Assembly: GCA_037441385.1 (NCBI GenBank)
Contig: JBBISH010000006.1
Location: forward strand, 32,001-96,000
Source of the DNA: Myxococcales bacterium
GTDB lineage: Bacteria; Myxococcota_A; UBA9042
DNA length: 64,000 nucleotides
Reading direction: 5' to 3'
The notes beneath the pieces were generated by a model, which saw only the letters and a list, made by a program, of their open reading frames with translations, searched no databases and was not told the DNA's origin. The position numbers and the translations under genes were made by a program. Shown here piece after piece: positions 1 through 9,527 of this stretch (positions are counted from its first letter, which is position 1; every line of letters begins with the position of its first letter).

Positions 1-1758
1 CTCGTCGCGCGGCAGCACGCCCGAGATGGCAAAGAAGCAAGTCTGCATCACGGTGTTGATGCGCTTGCCCATGTCATTCTTGCGAGCGACTTCCAACGCA
101 TTGATCGTAAAGAGCTTCAGCCCCTTGCTCAACACCTGCTCCTGCACCTCGATCGGCAGGTGGTCGAACAGCTCGTTGGGACCGTGCGGGCTGTTGATCA
201 GGACCGTGGCGCCCACCGCCGCGTGCTCGAGCATGTCCAGCTTCTCAAAGAAGTTCCACTGGTGCACGGCCACGAAGTTGGCGCTGCGGATCTGGTAGGT
301 CGAGCGGATCGGCCGCGGCCCAAAGCGCATGTGCGAGGTGGTCACCGTGCCCGACTTCTTGCTGTCGTACACAAAGTAACCCTGCGCATACTGGTCGGTT
401 TCCTCGCCAATGATCTTGATCGAATTCTTGTTGGCGCCCACCGTGCCGTCGGCGCCCAGACCGTAGAACATGGCGCGCACGACGTCGGCGGGCTCCAGGT
501 CGAACTCGGGGTCCACGGCCAGCGACTTGAAGGTCACGTCGTCGACGATGCCCACAGTGAAATGATTGAGCTTCTTAGACTTCTTGAGCTCGTCGTACAC
601 GGCCTTGACGTGGGCCGGCGCAAATTCCTTGCTGGACAGGCCGTAGCGGCCGCCGATGACCAGCGGGTTCAGACTGGTCTCGCCGTCGGCGCGAGCTTCG
701 TGCAGGGCGGTCAGGATGTCTTGGTACAGCGGTTCGCCGGCCGCGCCGGGCTCCTTGGTCCGGTCGAGCACCGCGATCGCTTGGGTCGTGGCCGGTAGAG
801 CCTGCAGCAGCGCCGCGCGATCGAACGGGCGGAACAAGCGCACCCGCACCAGACCGACCTTCTCGCCCTGGGCGACCAAGTGCTCGACCGCTTCTTCCGC
901 AGCCTCGGCGCCCGAGCCCATCATCACGATGACCCGCTCGGCATCCGCCGCGCCCACGTAGTCGAACAGCTTGTACTTGCGACCGGATTGTGCGCCAAAC
1001 AGGTCCATGACCTCTTGGACCACGCCGGCGCAGCGGTCGTAGAACGGGTTGCACGCTTCGCGCGCCTGGAAGAAGACGTCGGGGTTCTGCGCCGAGCCGC
1101 GCAGCACCGGGTGATCGGGAGACAAACCGCGCGAGCGCTGCTGAGCGATCAATTCGGGGGGCACGAGCGCGTGCAGCACGGCGTCGGGCAACACCTTGAT
1201 CTTCTGCAGCTCGTGCGACGTGCGGAAGCCGTCAAAGAAGTGCAAGAACGGAATGCGCGTGCGCAGCGTGGCCGCGTGCGAAATCAGCGCAAAGTCGTGG
1301 GCTTCCTGCACCGAGCCGCTGCACAGCATGGCAAAACCGGTTTGCCGGCAGGCCATCACGTCGCCGTGATCGCCAAAGATCGACAGGGCGTGGGTCGCCA
1401 GCGTGCGCGCCGTCACGTGCATGGTGAATGGCGTCAATTCACCAGCGATCTTGTACATGTTGGGGATCATGAGCAGCAGGCCCTGCGACGCCGTGAAGGT
1501 CGTCGTGGGCGAGCCCGCCTGCAGCGAACCGTGGACCGCACCCGCCGCGCCGCCTTCGGACTGCATCTCCACGACGGTGGGCACCGTGCCCCAAAGATTC
1601 GGCTTGCCGTGCGCAGCCCAGTCGTCACTCAGCTCGCCCATGCCCGAAGAGGGCGTGATCGGGTAGATGGCGATCACTTCGCTCAATTTGTACGCCACCA
1701 GTGCCGCGGCTTCGTTGCCGTCCAAGATGGCGACAGGGCTCAAGGTCTTATCGGACAT
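1..1758 (-). CDS. nifJ: Pyruvate:ferredoxin/flavodoxin oxidoreductase (5' part; runs off the left edge of the window)
   Basis: Absent from the ORF track because it has no stop in the window. Hand translation from ATG 1758 gives MSDKTLSPVAILDGNEAAALVAYKLSEVIAIYPITPSSGMGE, then MQSEGGAAG, TTFTASQGLLLMIPNMYKIAGEL and FYGLGADGTVGANKNSIKII, all typical of PFOR. GAGG RBS upstream. Confidence 0.95.
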   Translation of the reverse strand, partial: MSDKTLSPVAILDGNEAAALVAYKLSEVIAIYPITPSSGMGELSDDWAAHGKPNLWGTVPTVVEMQSEGGAAGAVHGSLQAGSPTTTFTASQGLLLMIPNMYKIAGELTPFTMHVTARTLATHALSIFGDHGDVMACRQTGFAMLCSGSVQEAHDFALISHAATLRTRIPFLHFFDGFRTSHELQKIKVLPDAVLHALVPPELIAQQRSRGLSPDHPVLRGSAQNPDVFFQAREACNPFYDRCAGVVQEVMDLFGAQSGRKYKLFDYVGAADAERVIVMMGSGAEAAEEAVEHLVAQGEKVGLVRVRLFRPFDRAALLQALPATTQAIAVLDRTKEPGAAGEPLYQDILTALHEARADGETSLNPLVIGGRYGLSSKEFAPAHVKAVYDELKKSKKLNHFTVGIVDDVTFKSLAVDPEFDLEPADVVRAMFYGLGADGTVGANKNSIKIIGEETDQYAQGYFVYDSKKSGTVTTSHMRFGPRPIRSTYQIRSANFVAVHQWNFFEKLDMLEHAAVGATVLINSPHGPNELFDHLPIEVQEQVLSKGLKLFTINALEVARKNDMGKRINTVMQTCFFAISGVLPRDE

Positions 1759-2075
1759 CGGAAATTCCTCGCAAATGGGCGCCCTGGTGTGCAAGGCGCG
1801 GCCAGCATCCTACTCAATTTGGCGGGCGCAATGTCATCGCATGATACGCACCCCACCTGATTCACGCCTGTACGGCTTCCCGGACCCGCTGTGCAACTGA
1901 CGAGAATCAGGCGGGGACCCCGGTTCGGGCCCGAAGAATTGCCGAATTTTCGATCCGATTTGGACGGAACGGGTATCGCAACGTTGCAGGGCCGCAGCCG
2001 GCTTTGGTGTCGCGATCACTGCGACTTGACGGCGATCGGCGATGCGGCAAGATGCGCGGCGTTGGGAGGACCGCC

Positions 2076-2519
2076 ATGTTCGACTTTCTGGATCCCGGCT
2101 GGACGACCACCTACCGCGGCGTGGTCACCGCGTGGGACTGCGACCACGTCGGCCACCTGAACATCGCCCACTACGTGTCGCGCTTCGACGAGAGCCACTG
2201 GCCCTTTTTTGGCGAAGTCGGCCTGACGCCAGCCTTTCTTCGCAGCGCGGGCTGCGGCATGGCCGCGGTGGAGCAGCACATTCGCTACCTGAAAGAAGTC
2301 CGCGCCGGCGATACCGTGGCGATTCGGTCGCGGGTGGTGGCGATCCGCAACAAAGTGCTGCTCAGCGAGCACGTCCTGGTCGACGACGCCACCGGCGAGG
2401 CCTGCGCGCACGAAGAAATCACGTGTGCGTTCTTGGACTTAACCGCTCGACGCGCGGTCGCCTTCCCGCCCGAGATCGTGGCCCAGGTGCAGGCGCGCCT
2501 GGGGCAGACACGGCCTTGA
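2076..2519 (+). CDS. Acyl-CoA thioesterase (4HBT/hotdog fold)
   Basis: WDCDHVGHLNIAHY motif and IRYLKEVRAGD. ATG 2076 follows GGAGGA. Confidence 0.85.
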   Translation: MFDFLDPGWTTTYRGVVTAWDCDHVGHLNIAHYVSRFDESHWPFFGEVGLTPAFLRSAGCGMAAVEQHIRYLKEVRAGDTVAIRSRVVAIRNKVLLSEHVLVDDATGEACAHEEITCAFLDLTARRAVAFPPEIVAQVQARLGQTRP

Positions 2520-2525
2520 GTAGGG

Positions 2526-4439
2526 CTACAGGTACAGACTCCACCAGCGCAGCGTCGTCAACGCACCGAACACGTGCACTGTGCGCACCGGCCGACGTGG
2601 ATCGTATTTTGCCAGCAATTCGCCGTGATTACCTTGCTCTCGGCCCACTGCCGCGATGGCGCTGCGGAAATCGCCGGCCAGGCGGCGCAGGTGATCTCCA
2701 CCAAAGAACTCAAGGGCTTGCGGCGGTGCCAGCGTCAGTTCCTGCTCCAACCGGTCGACCAGGGCCAGCGGGTAGTCCAGGGTCGCCGGCGTGGGCATCG
2801 GCGCCTTGATCCGCTGCTCGCCCACCGACTTGGGCAGGCGGCGGCGGGCCAGGCTGCGCTCGATCGCCTTGTCGGGCAGGCCCTGGAACCCCGGGAAATT
2901 CCACTCGGGCGGCATGCGCAGGGCGATCTGCACCACCTCGTTCACCAAGAACGGAAAGCGCGCCTCGATCGACCAGGCCATGCCAAAGCGGTCGTTGTCG
3001 GCCAGCAGCCAGTGCAGGAACGTATGCGTGTACCAGGCTTGCACGGCGCGCACGCGGTCCGCGGGGCTGTGCCAGTAGGGCGCGAGCCAGCGCTCGACGG
3101 CGTCGTCTACGGCTTGATCCACCGCCGCCCAGTCCAGCAGCCCGCGTTGCTGCGCCGGACCCAGCAGTTCTTGGGTGCGCTCCAGCTTGCTGCGCCAAAG
3201 AGCTTTGAAATCACTGGGAGACTGTAGCGCTGGGCCACCTGGCTGCCAGCCGGCAAAGCGCGGGTAGTAGCCAAAAAACAGCTCGTCCGCGCCCTCGCCG
3301 CTCAAGGCCACCTTGCAGCCCGCATCGCGCAAAGTCTTGAAATTGGCCATCATGCCCAGCTTGCGCGGCTCCCAGCACGGTTCGTCAAAGGCCCGCACCA
3401 ACGGGTCGATACCGTGCAGCCAGGTCGGCAGCGGCAGGTGGGTCCAGCGGTGCTCCAAGTGGGTGCGGCCGGCGGCACGGAGGTGGTCGGCGACCTCGCG
3501 GGCGGCGCGGGCGTCATCGTCGCCGTGGTCGGCGCGGTAGGTGATGGTCGCCGCCGGCAGGATTTCGCTAGAGGTGGCCAGCAGCTCTGCGGTAATCAAG
3601 CTGGAGTCCAGCCCGCCCGACAGGCACGCCCCCAGCTTGGCCTGACCCATGCGCGTGGCCCGAACTGCCTGCGAAAACGCCGCCTCCAACGCGTCTTCGG
3701 CTTCGCGCGGGCTGGCAAAAGGCGCCTGCACGCCATCCAGCAGGTGCCACCAGCGGCCGGTCCGCAGCGAGCCGGCGCCTTGGGCCGGGCTGAACGACAG
3801 CCACGTGGCGGGCAGCAGGGCCGACAGGCCCGCAAATGCCGTGCGCTCGCCCAGGCCGCACCCCGACGGGAAGCCGGCACCCACCGCAAAGATCTCGGCC
3901 AGCCCCTGCGGATCCAGCTGACCGCGACCGCCGCTCAGGGCCAACAACCCCTTGGGTTCACTTGCAAAGACCAGGCCCTGGCCGCGCATCTGCCAATACA
4001 GGGGCTTGATGCCCAGGCGGTCGCGCACCAGCAGCAGCTCGCCGCCCAGCGCGTCCCACAGGGCGTAGGCAAACATGCCGTCGAACCGCTCGCAGGCGCG
4101 GCGCCCCCAGCGCGCATGAGCGGCCAGCACCACCTCGGCGTCGCCGTGGCTGCGGAAGTGCCAGTCTTCGCGCTCGAGTTGGTCACGCAACTCAAGGTAA
4201 TTGTAGATCTCGCCGTTGTAGGTCAGCCACCAGCGCCCATCCTTGCTGTGCAGGGGCTGCTGGCTGTGCTCCACGTCGACGATGGCCAGGCGGGCGCTAC
4301 CTAGCGTCGCCGCCCCCGCGCTGGTCAGTTGCTGCTGATCGGGTCCGCGGTGCCACAGGGCTCGCAGCATCGCCTGCACTTGCGTGTGCCGGTCCTCGCC
4401 AGGCAAACCAAGGTCCACGACGCCCGCAATCCCGCACAT
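2526..4439 (-). CDS. asnB: Asparagine synthetase B-like glutamine amidotransferase
   Basis: Ntn N-terminus MCGIAG (ATG 4439), HRGPD, NGEIYN, RDRLGIKPLY, PP-loop LSGGLDSS, SGEGADELFFGY and EARFPFL. Confidence 0.9.
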   Translation of the reverse strand: MCGIAGVVDLGLPGEDRHTQVQAMLRALWHRGPDQQQLTSAGAATLGSARLAIVDVEHSQQPLHSKDGRWWLTYNGEIYNYLELRDQLEREDWHFRSHGDAEVVLAAHARWGRRACERFDGMFAYALWDALGGELLLVRDRLGIKPLYWQMRGQGLVFASEPKGLLALSGGRGQLDPQGLAEIFAVGAGFPSGCGLGERTAFAGLSALLPATWLSFSPAQGAGSLRTGRWWHLLDGVQAPFASPREAEDALEAAFSQAVRATRMGQAKLGACLSGGLDSSLITAELLATSSEILPAATITYRADHGDDDARAAREVADHLRAAGRTHLEHRWTHLPLPTWLHGIDPLVRAFDEPCWEPRKLGMMANFKTLRDAGCKVALSGEGADELFFGYYPRFAGWQPGGPALQSPSDFKALWRSKLERTQELLGPAQQRGLLDWAAVDQAVDDAVERWLAPYWHSPADRVRAVQAWYTHTFLHWLLADNDRFGMAWSIEARFPFLVNEVVQIALRMPPEWNFPGFQGLPDKAIERSLARRRLPKSVGEQRIKAPMPTPATLDYPLALVDRLEQELTLAPPQALEFFGGDHLRRLAGDFRSAIAAVGREQGNHGELLAKYDPRRPVRTVHVFGALTTLRWWSLYL

Positions 4440-4479
4440 TTTTCCCCGCTTTGCCGGTCCTTGCGCGCCGTTGCCGTAC

Positions 4480-5538
4480 TCAGCGCGCCCAGCAGGCCGG
4501 CACGCAGTAGCGCGAGTGGCCCGAGTTTTCGCCACCGCCGCTCAGGTTGAAGTCCACGTCCACGCACAGGGCGTTCTTGCCGCAATCGTTGTCGTTTTGG
4601 CAGCCGGTGGTGCAGACGTCGGGCTTGCGGGTCACGCCCGCCAACTGCCGGCCGCATTGCTTGGCCCCGGCGTTGCCGGCGCAGTCGGCGTCTGTCTGGC
4701 AGCGCACGCCGACGCCGAGCGGATTGCCTTTGGGCACCACCCCGTTCTCGGCCTCACACCGATCTAGCTGCGCCGGCTGTTCTTTCCAGGCCCGGTGCTG
4801 CGGCTCGGGGCAGCGTGGCCAGCAGAGCGAAAACGTCTTGAGCGGCCACTGGTAGCCGCAGTAGCCGTAGCTGCCGCAGGTCGACTCGGCCCAGCACTCG
4901 CGCTCGCAAAAGTCTGGGCCGTCGGGGTTGAAGGTGGCCTGGCACGACTGGGCGCGCTTGCCTTTGCAGGTCTCGCCGTGCTTTTCGCGCGACTGCTTGT
5001 CGCAGCGCAGGCCGTACGCCTCGTCTGAAAAGGCGAAGCCACCCGCGCAGATCGCCGCGCCAAGGTGCTTGGGTTCGTCGCCGGCCGCGGGTCGCTCGGC
5101 GCGCAGGTCGCGGCAGTAGGGGTTGTCCTTCTCGCAGCCCGGTGTGTACTTCCAGGCCGTGCAGACGCTGGGGTAGCAGTGGCGCACGCCGTTGACGATG
5201 CCGCAGTAGGCGTTGGGGCCGCAGTCGGTGTCGTCGTCGCACATGCGCGAACACATCGGGGGCCGGCGCGGATTGACCAGGATGTCGCAGAAGTTGGCCC
5301 ACAAGCCCGCGCAATCCTCGCGCTTTTGGCACGGCTTGCCCACGCCCTTGTCGTTGACCTGGCCCGGAGCGCACTGGTTGCCGGCAAAATTGGCGTTGCC
5401 TTCCTTTTTGTGGGCCGCTTCGCGCTCTTCGGCCTCTTCGTCTTCGAGCCACGCGTGCGGACCCGTGCACGCGCTTGCGAGCGCAGCCAGGGCCGCGGCC
5501 GTGGCCAGCCAAAACGGCACGCGACCGTGCACTTGCAT
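4480..5538 (-). CDS. Cysteine-rich lipoprotein with three 10-Cys 'GVGKPC'-type repeats
   Basis: ATG 5538, signal peptide and lipobox (LAALASA-C). Three repeats contain GVGKPC, AYGLRC and GVGVRC. Confidence 0.8.
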   Translation of the reverse strand: MQVHGRVPFWLATAAALAALASACTGPHAWLEDEEAEEREAAHKKEGNANFAGNQCAPGQVNDKGVGKPCQKREDCAGLWANFCDILVNPRRPPMCSRMCDDDTDCGPNAYCGIVNGVRHCYPSVCTAWKYTPGCEKDNPYCRDLRAERPAAGDEPKHLGAAICAGGFAFSDEAYGLRCDKQSREKHGETCKGKRAQSCQATFNPDGPDFCERECWAESTCGSYGYCGYQWPLKTFSLCWPRCPEPQHRAWKEQPAQLDRCEAENGVVPKGNPLGVGVRCQTDADCAGNAGAKQCGRQLAGVTRKPDVCTTGCQNDNDCGKNALCVDVDFNLSGGGENSGHSRYCVPACWAR

Positions 5539-5561
5539 GGTGTCACCCCAGGGAGTTTGGA

Positions 5562-6278
5562 TCACGGCGCGGTGGTCGGCGTCGGCGCTGCCGCGACTCG
5601 GCACGCCAGCGGGGCGCACGAGGCCACCACGATTTCTTGGCCGTGCTCTTCGACTTTGCGCCGCCAGCAGAACGCGCCGCCGCCGCAGTCGCCGTCTTCT
5701 TTGCAGAGCATCGAGCAGTAGCCTGGCTTCTTGGGGTCCACGGCGCGCGGGCAGAAGTGCGCGGCCTTGGTGTCGCGGCAGTCGTCGTGTTTGGCGCAGA
5801 CCTTGCCCACGCCCAGGTCGGTGGCGCCGGCGGTGCAGTCGACGTTGACCTGCACGTCGGTCGCCAGCGGTTGCGCCAGGGTGGTGGCGCAGGCGTTGGG
5901 GACGCACAGCGAGCCACCGGTGCCGCGCGGGACGCAGGTTGCGCCGTCGCCGCACTCGGCCGGGTCGGCGCCGCTGCAGGCGCGGGTGCAGAAGTCGAAG
6001 CCCTTGGGGTCGCGCGAGCGCGGGCAGTCGATGGCCAGCTGGCCCTTGCAGTTCTCTTGCTTGTCGCAGGGTTTGCCCACGCCCAGTGCGTTGGCGGTGC
6101 CGGGGCAGACGGTCGAGGTGGTCGGCGCCGGCAGCTCAGCGGGCTTATCCACCGGCGCAGCGGTCGCCGCCGGGGCCGCAGCGGGCGCCGGAGCCGGAAC
6201 CTCTTTCTTGCCACAGGCCGCGACTGTCACCAGCGCCGCCAGGGCGCCCATCGCCATCCACGCTTTGTTGAGTTGCAT
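5562..6278 (-). CDS. Cysteine-rich lipoprotein with two 10-Cys 'GVGKPC' repeats
   Basis: GGAGG RBS, lipobox VTVAA-C, Pro/Ala linker, repeats LGVGKPC and LGVGKVC...CSMLC...CWRRK. Confidence 0.85.
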   Translation of the reverse strand: MQLNKAWMAMGALAALVTVAACGKKEVPAPAPAAAPAATAAPVDKPAELPAPTTSTVCPGTANALGVGKPCDKQENCKGQLAIDCPRSRDPKGFDFCTRACSGADPAECGDGATCVPRGTGGSLCVPNACATTLAQPLATDVQVNVDCTAGATDLGVGKVCAKHDDCRDTKAAHFCPRAVDPKKPGYCSMLCKEDGDCGGGAFCWRRKVEEHGQEIVVASCAPLACRVAAAPTPTTAP

Positions 6279-6403
6279 GATCGACCTCCTGGCGGCGACA
6301 TTAACACCAACACGGCAGCGGCGCCATGCCCCGAATTGTCAATTCTGACAAAAACCTGTCGACAGAGTGACGGCGGGCGGGGGACGCTTCAGGCCAAAAA
6401 GAA

Positions 6404-7900
6404 CTAGGCGCAAAGCGAAGTTGCGGGCAGTTCGTAGCTGCCGCGCCGCAAGTTCGCCAGCACTTCGCGCAACAGACCCGTGGGCACTTCGCTGAAGTTG
6501 AACCGCTCGGGCACCGCAAAGAAGTTGAAGCCGCGATCAATCCAGCTGCGGAACAGCGCTTCGTCAAAGCGGCCGGCGGCAATCGCTTCGCGGTAGTAGG
6601 GCGTGCCGGGCAGGTACAGCAGGTTGGACCAGCTGGCGGCGTCGATGAGCCCGCGCTGCAACCAGTTGTCGATTTGCCGCACGTCGTGGAACAGCTCGGC
6701 CACGGTCTGGCCCGGAAAGCCCGTCATCATGTACAGGTGCACCTTGAAGCCGGCTTGCCGCAGGGCCCGCCACAGCCCCTCGACCTGCTCCATCGTGTAG
6801 CGCTTGAACAGCTTCTTGTCGTCAAAGTGCGGCGAAAACGTCTCGAGCGAGATGGTGATGAGGTCGGTGCCGGCGCGCCGCAGCAGCTCGATGTGCTCCA
6901 CGTCGGGCTCTTTGCCGTTCATGTAGGTGGGCAAGAACGTGGAGTTTGGGTTGGTCAGCACCAACTCGCCGCCCACGTGGTCGCGGAAATCGGCGATCTT
7001 GCGCACCAGCTTGCGATCCTCGGGGTCCAGGCAGAAGTTTTCGCTGATGTTGTAAAAGATCCGTGCGCCGCGCTCGTGCAGCATGGCGATGTCGTCGAAC
7101 AGGCGGTCCACACCCACCGGCCGCATGTCTGGGGTAAAGTGCGAGCCGCAAAACCGGCAGGCCAGCGGGCAGCCGCGCGTCGGCAGCAAAGGCGCCGAGC
7201 GCAGGGCCGTAGCCGTCTGTTTGTACAGGTGATCCTTGGGCGATCCGTGGAGGATCACCTCTTTGTAGCGCCAGTCGCCGCTCGGCTTCCACAGCACCTG
7301 GTCCCACGCGAAGCGCCCACCCAGCTTGGCTTCGGGCCACGCCTTGGGGCTGGCGGGCTCCAGGTGGCCGGCGCGAAAGACGCCAGGAATCGAGCCGATG
7401 TCTTGATCACTTTGGCCGCTGAGGGCCCGCAGCAGCGCGACCAAGGTCTGCTCGCCCTCGCCTTGGATCAGCCAGTCCACCGCCGGGTTGCCCAAGTGCC
7501 AGTGGGGCATGAGCGACGCGTGGCGGCCGCCCAGGATCAGGGTCGCGCGCGGCAGGGTCCGCTTGACCAGGCTGGCCATGTGGTCCGTGGCCGGAAAGTC
7601 GCTGGTAAACATGGAGGTGAGCAGCACCACTTCGGGCGCCACGTCCTCTAGCCAAGCCGAAACGTCGGCGTCGTCCATGCCCTTGTAGAACAAATTGTCG
7701 TTCCACGGGCGGACCTTGTCGCCGTCCTCGCATGCCACGTCCAGGAAGTGCAGGTCCTGGTAACCGGCGTCCAGCAGAGCGCCCAAAATCGCCAGCCCGG
7801 TGGTCGACACGTTGAAGCTGTGCAGCGCGTCCAAGGCATCGCGCGGAACCAGTTGGCCCGGCTGAAGAAAGGCGACGCGCGGGTTGCGAGAAACGGGCAT
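6404..7900 (-). CDS. Cobalamin (B12)-binding radical SAM protein
   Basis: N-terminal B12-binding domain (ILGGRHAS, LIQGEGEQTL), TRGCPLACRFC (CX3CX2C), YMMTGFPGQT and YLPGTPYY. Confidence 0.9.
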   Translation of the reverse strand: MPVSRNPRVAFLQPGQLVPRDALDALHSFNVSTTGLAILGALLDAGYQDLHFLDVACEDGDKVRPWNDNLFYKGMDDADVSAWLEDVAPEVVLLTSMFTSDFPATDHMASLVKRTLPRATLILGGRHASLMPHWHLGNPAVDWLIQGEGEQTLVALLRALSGQSDQDIGSIPGVFRAGHLEPASPKAWPEAKLGGRFAWDQVLWKPSGDWRYKEVILHGSPKDHLYKQTATALRSAPLLPTRGCPLACRFCGSHFTPDMRPVGVDRLFDDIAMLHERGARIFYNISENFCLDPEDRKLVRKIADFRDHVGGELVLTNPNSTFLPTYMNGKEPDVEHIELLRRAGTDLITISLETFSPHFDDKKLFKRYTMEQVEGLWRALRQAGFKVHLYMMTGFPGQTVAELFHDVRQIDNWLQRGLIDAASWSNLLYLPGTPYYREAIAAGRFDEALFRSWIDRGFNFFAVPERFNFSEVPTGLLREVLANLRRGSYELPATSLCA

Positions 7901-8100
7901 GTCGGGTCACTCCAGCAGCGGCCTGCAGCCTTGGATGATACGGGGCGAGAGCGTGCCGCACAATCAACGCGCGGCCGTTCCAAACAGTTATGCAGACTTG
8001 CCAGCAGGCGCGCGCCACGCGGCCCGCCAGGCCGCTACTTGACAAGCGCAGCGCCGGCACCTTGCATGCGCGGACCGGCCGACTGCCGGGCGAGACCGAC

Positions 8101-9525
8101 ATGGGCGACCGCGGCCTTTCTTGGTTCGCGCCGTTTGGCGTGGATGCGCAGCTGATTTCCAGGGTCCTTGGCGAGGCGACTGCCCGCGGGGCCGATTTTG
8201 CCGACCTGTACTTCGAGCACCGCACCGTGCGTTCGCTGGGGCTGGAGGACGGCGCTGTCAACCGCGCTTACGCCGGCGTGGACCTGGGCGTGGGCGTCCG
8301 GGTGGTGCGCGGCGAGCAAACCGGCTACGCCTACAGCGAAGACCTGAGTCTCGAAGCGGTGTTGCAGGCTGCGCGCACGGCGGCCGCGATCGCCGACGGG
8401 TCGCCGATGCCGCGCACCGCCAACTTTGCCATCCAGCCGGTGGCGGACCGCTATCCGATTCGCCGGCCGTGGACCGAAGTCAGCACCGCGGACAAGTTGC
8501 CGATGCTCCGCGAGCTGGAAAAACAGGCGTTTGCCGCCGATCCGCGGGTCAAGAAGGTCAACCTGTCGTTTGCCGACGCGACCGGTGCGGTGCTGGTGGC
8601 GACCTCGGACGGCCGCCTGGCCTTTGACCTCCAGCCGATGACCTTGCTGTCGCTGTCGTGCACGGCCGAGCACCAGGGCCGGCGCGAGTCGGGCGGCTAC
8701 AACGTAGCGGCGCGCGACGACTTCAGTTTTTACGACCCGAGCCGTCTGGACCGGCTGGTTCACCGCGCCGTGGACCGCACCACCATCTTGTTCGACGCGG
8801 TGCCGGCGCCGGCCGGCGAGATGACTGTGGTCTTGGGTGCCGGCTCGTCAGGGATCCTGCTGCACGAAGCGATCGGCCATGGTCTAGAGGCCGACTTCAA
8901 TCGCAAGGGCGTGTCGATCTACGCGGACAAGCTGGGCAAGGCCATCGCCGGCCCGCTGGTGACCATCGTCGACGACGCCACCCTGCCCCACGCCCGCGGC
9001 TCGATCAACATCGACGACGAGGGCAACCCGGCCGGCTGCACCGAGCTGGTGGTGGGCGGCGTGCTGCAAGGCTACCTGCACGACCAGATCTCGGCCAAGC
9101 ACTACGGCGTGGCGCCCACCGGCAACGGCCGCCGCGAGGATTTTCGCACGCAGCCGCTGCCGCGCATGCGCTCGACCTACATGCGCCCGGGCCCGCACAG
9201 CCGCGACGAGATCATCGCCTCGGTCAAGAAGGGCATCTTCTGTGACCACTTTGCCAACGGCCAAGTGCAGATTGGTGCTGGCGATTTTACCTTCTACGTC
9301 CGCTCGGGCTGGCTCATCGAGGACGGCAAGCTGACCCAGCCGGTCAAGGACGTGAACCTGGTCGGCAATGGCCCCAAGGTCTTGGAACAGATCGACATGG
9401 TCGGCGACGACCTGCTGATCGACGAAGGTGGCTGGACCTGCGGCAAAGACGGCCAATCGGTGCCGGTCAGCCAGGGCATGCCCAGCGTGCGGGTGGGCAA
9501 GATGACGGTCGGCGGCCGCGGCTGA
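8101..9525 (+). CDS. tldD: TldD metalloprotease subunit
   Basis: GADFADLYFE, LLHEAIGHGLEADFNRKG (HExxGH), PRMRSTY and CGKDGQSVPVSQGMP. Confidence 0.93.
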   Translation: MGDRGLSWFAPFGVDAQLISRVLGEATARGADFADLYFEHRTVRSLGLEDGAVNRAYAGVDLGVGVRVVRGEQTGYAYSEDLSLEAVLQAARTAAAIADGSPMPRTANFAIQPVADRYPIRRPWTEVSTADKLPMLRELEKQAFAADPRVKKVNLSFADATGAVLVATSDGRLAFDLQPMTLLSLSCTAEHQGRRESGGYNVAARDDFSFYDPSRLDRLVHRAVDRTTILFDAVPAPAGEMTVVLGAGSSGILLHEAIGHGLEADFNRKGVSIYADKLGKAIAGPLVTIVDDATLPHARGSINIDDEGNPAGCTELVVGGVLQGYLHDQISAKHYGVAPTGNGRREDFRTQPLPRMRSTYMRPGPHSRDEIIASVKKGIFCDHFANGQVQIGAGDFTFYVRSGWLIEDGKLTQPVKDVNLVGNGPKVLEQIDMVGDDLLIDEGGWTCGKDGQSVPVSQGMPSVRVGKMTVGGRG

Positions 9526-9527
9526 GC

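Noticed and set aside
160..1860. Plus-strand ORFs 160-798 and 880-1860
   Set aside because: They are antisense to the minus-strand nifJ that the ORF track missed because it runs off the window edge.
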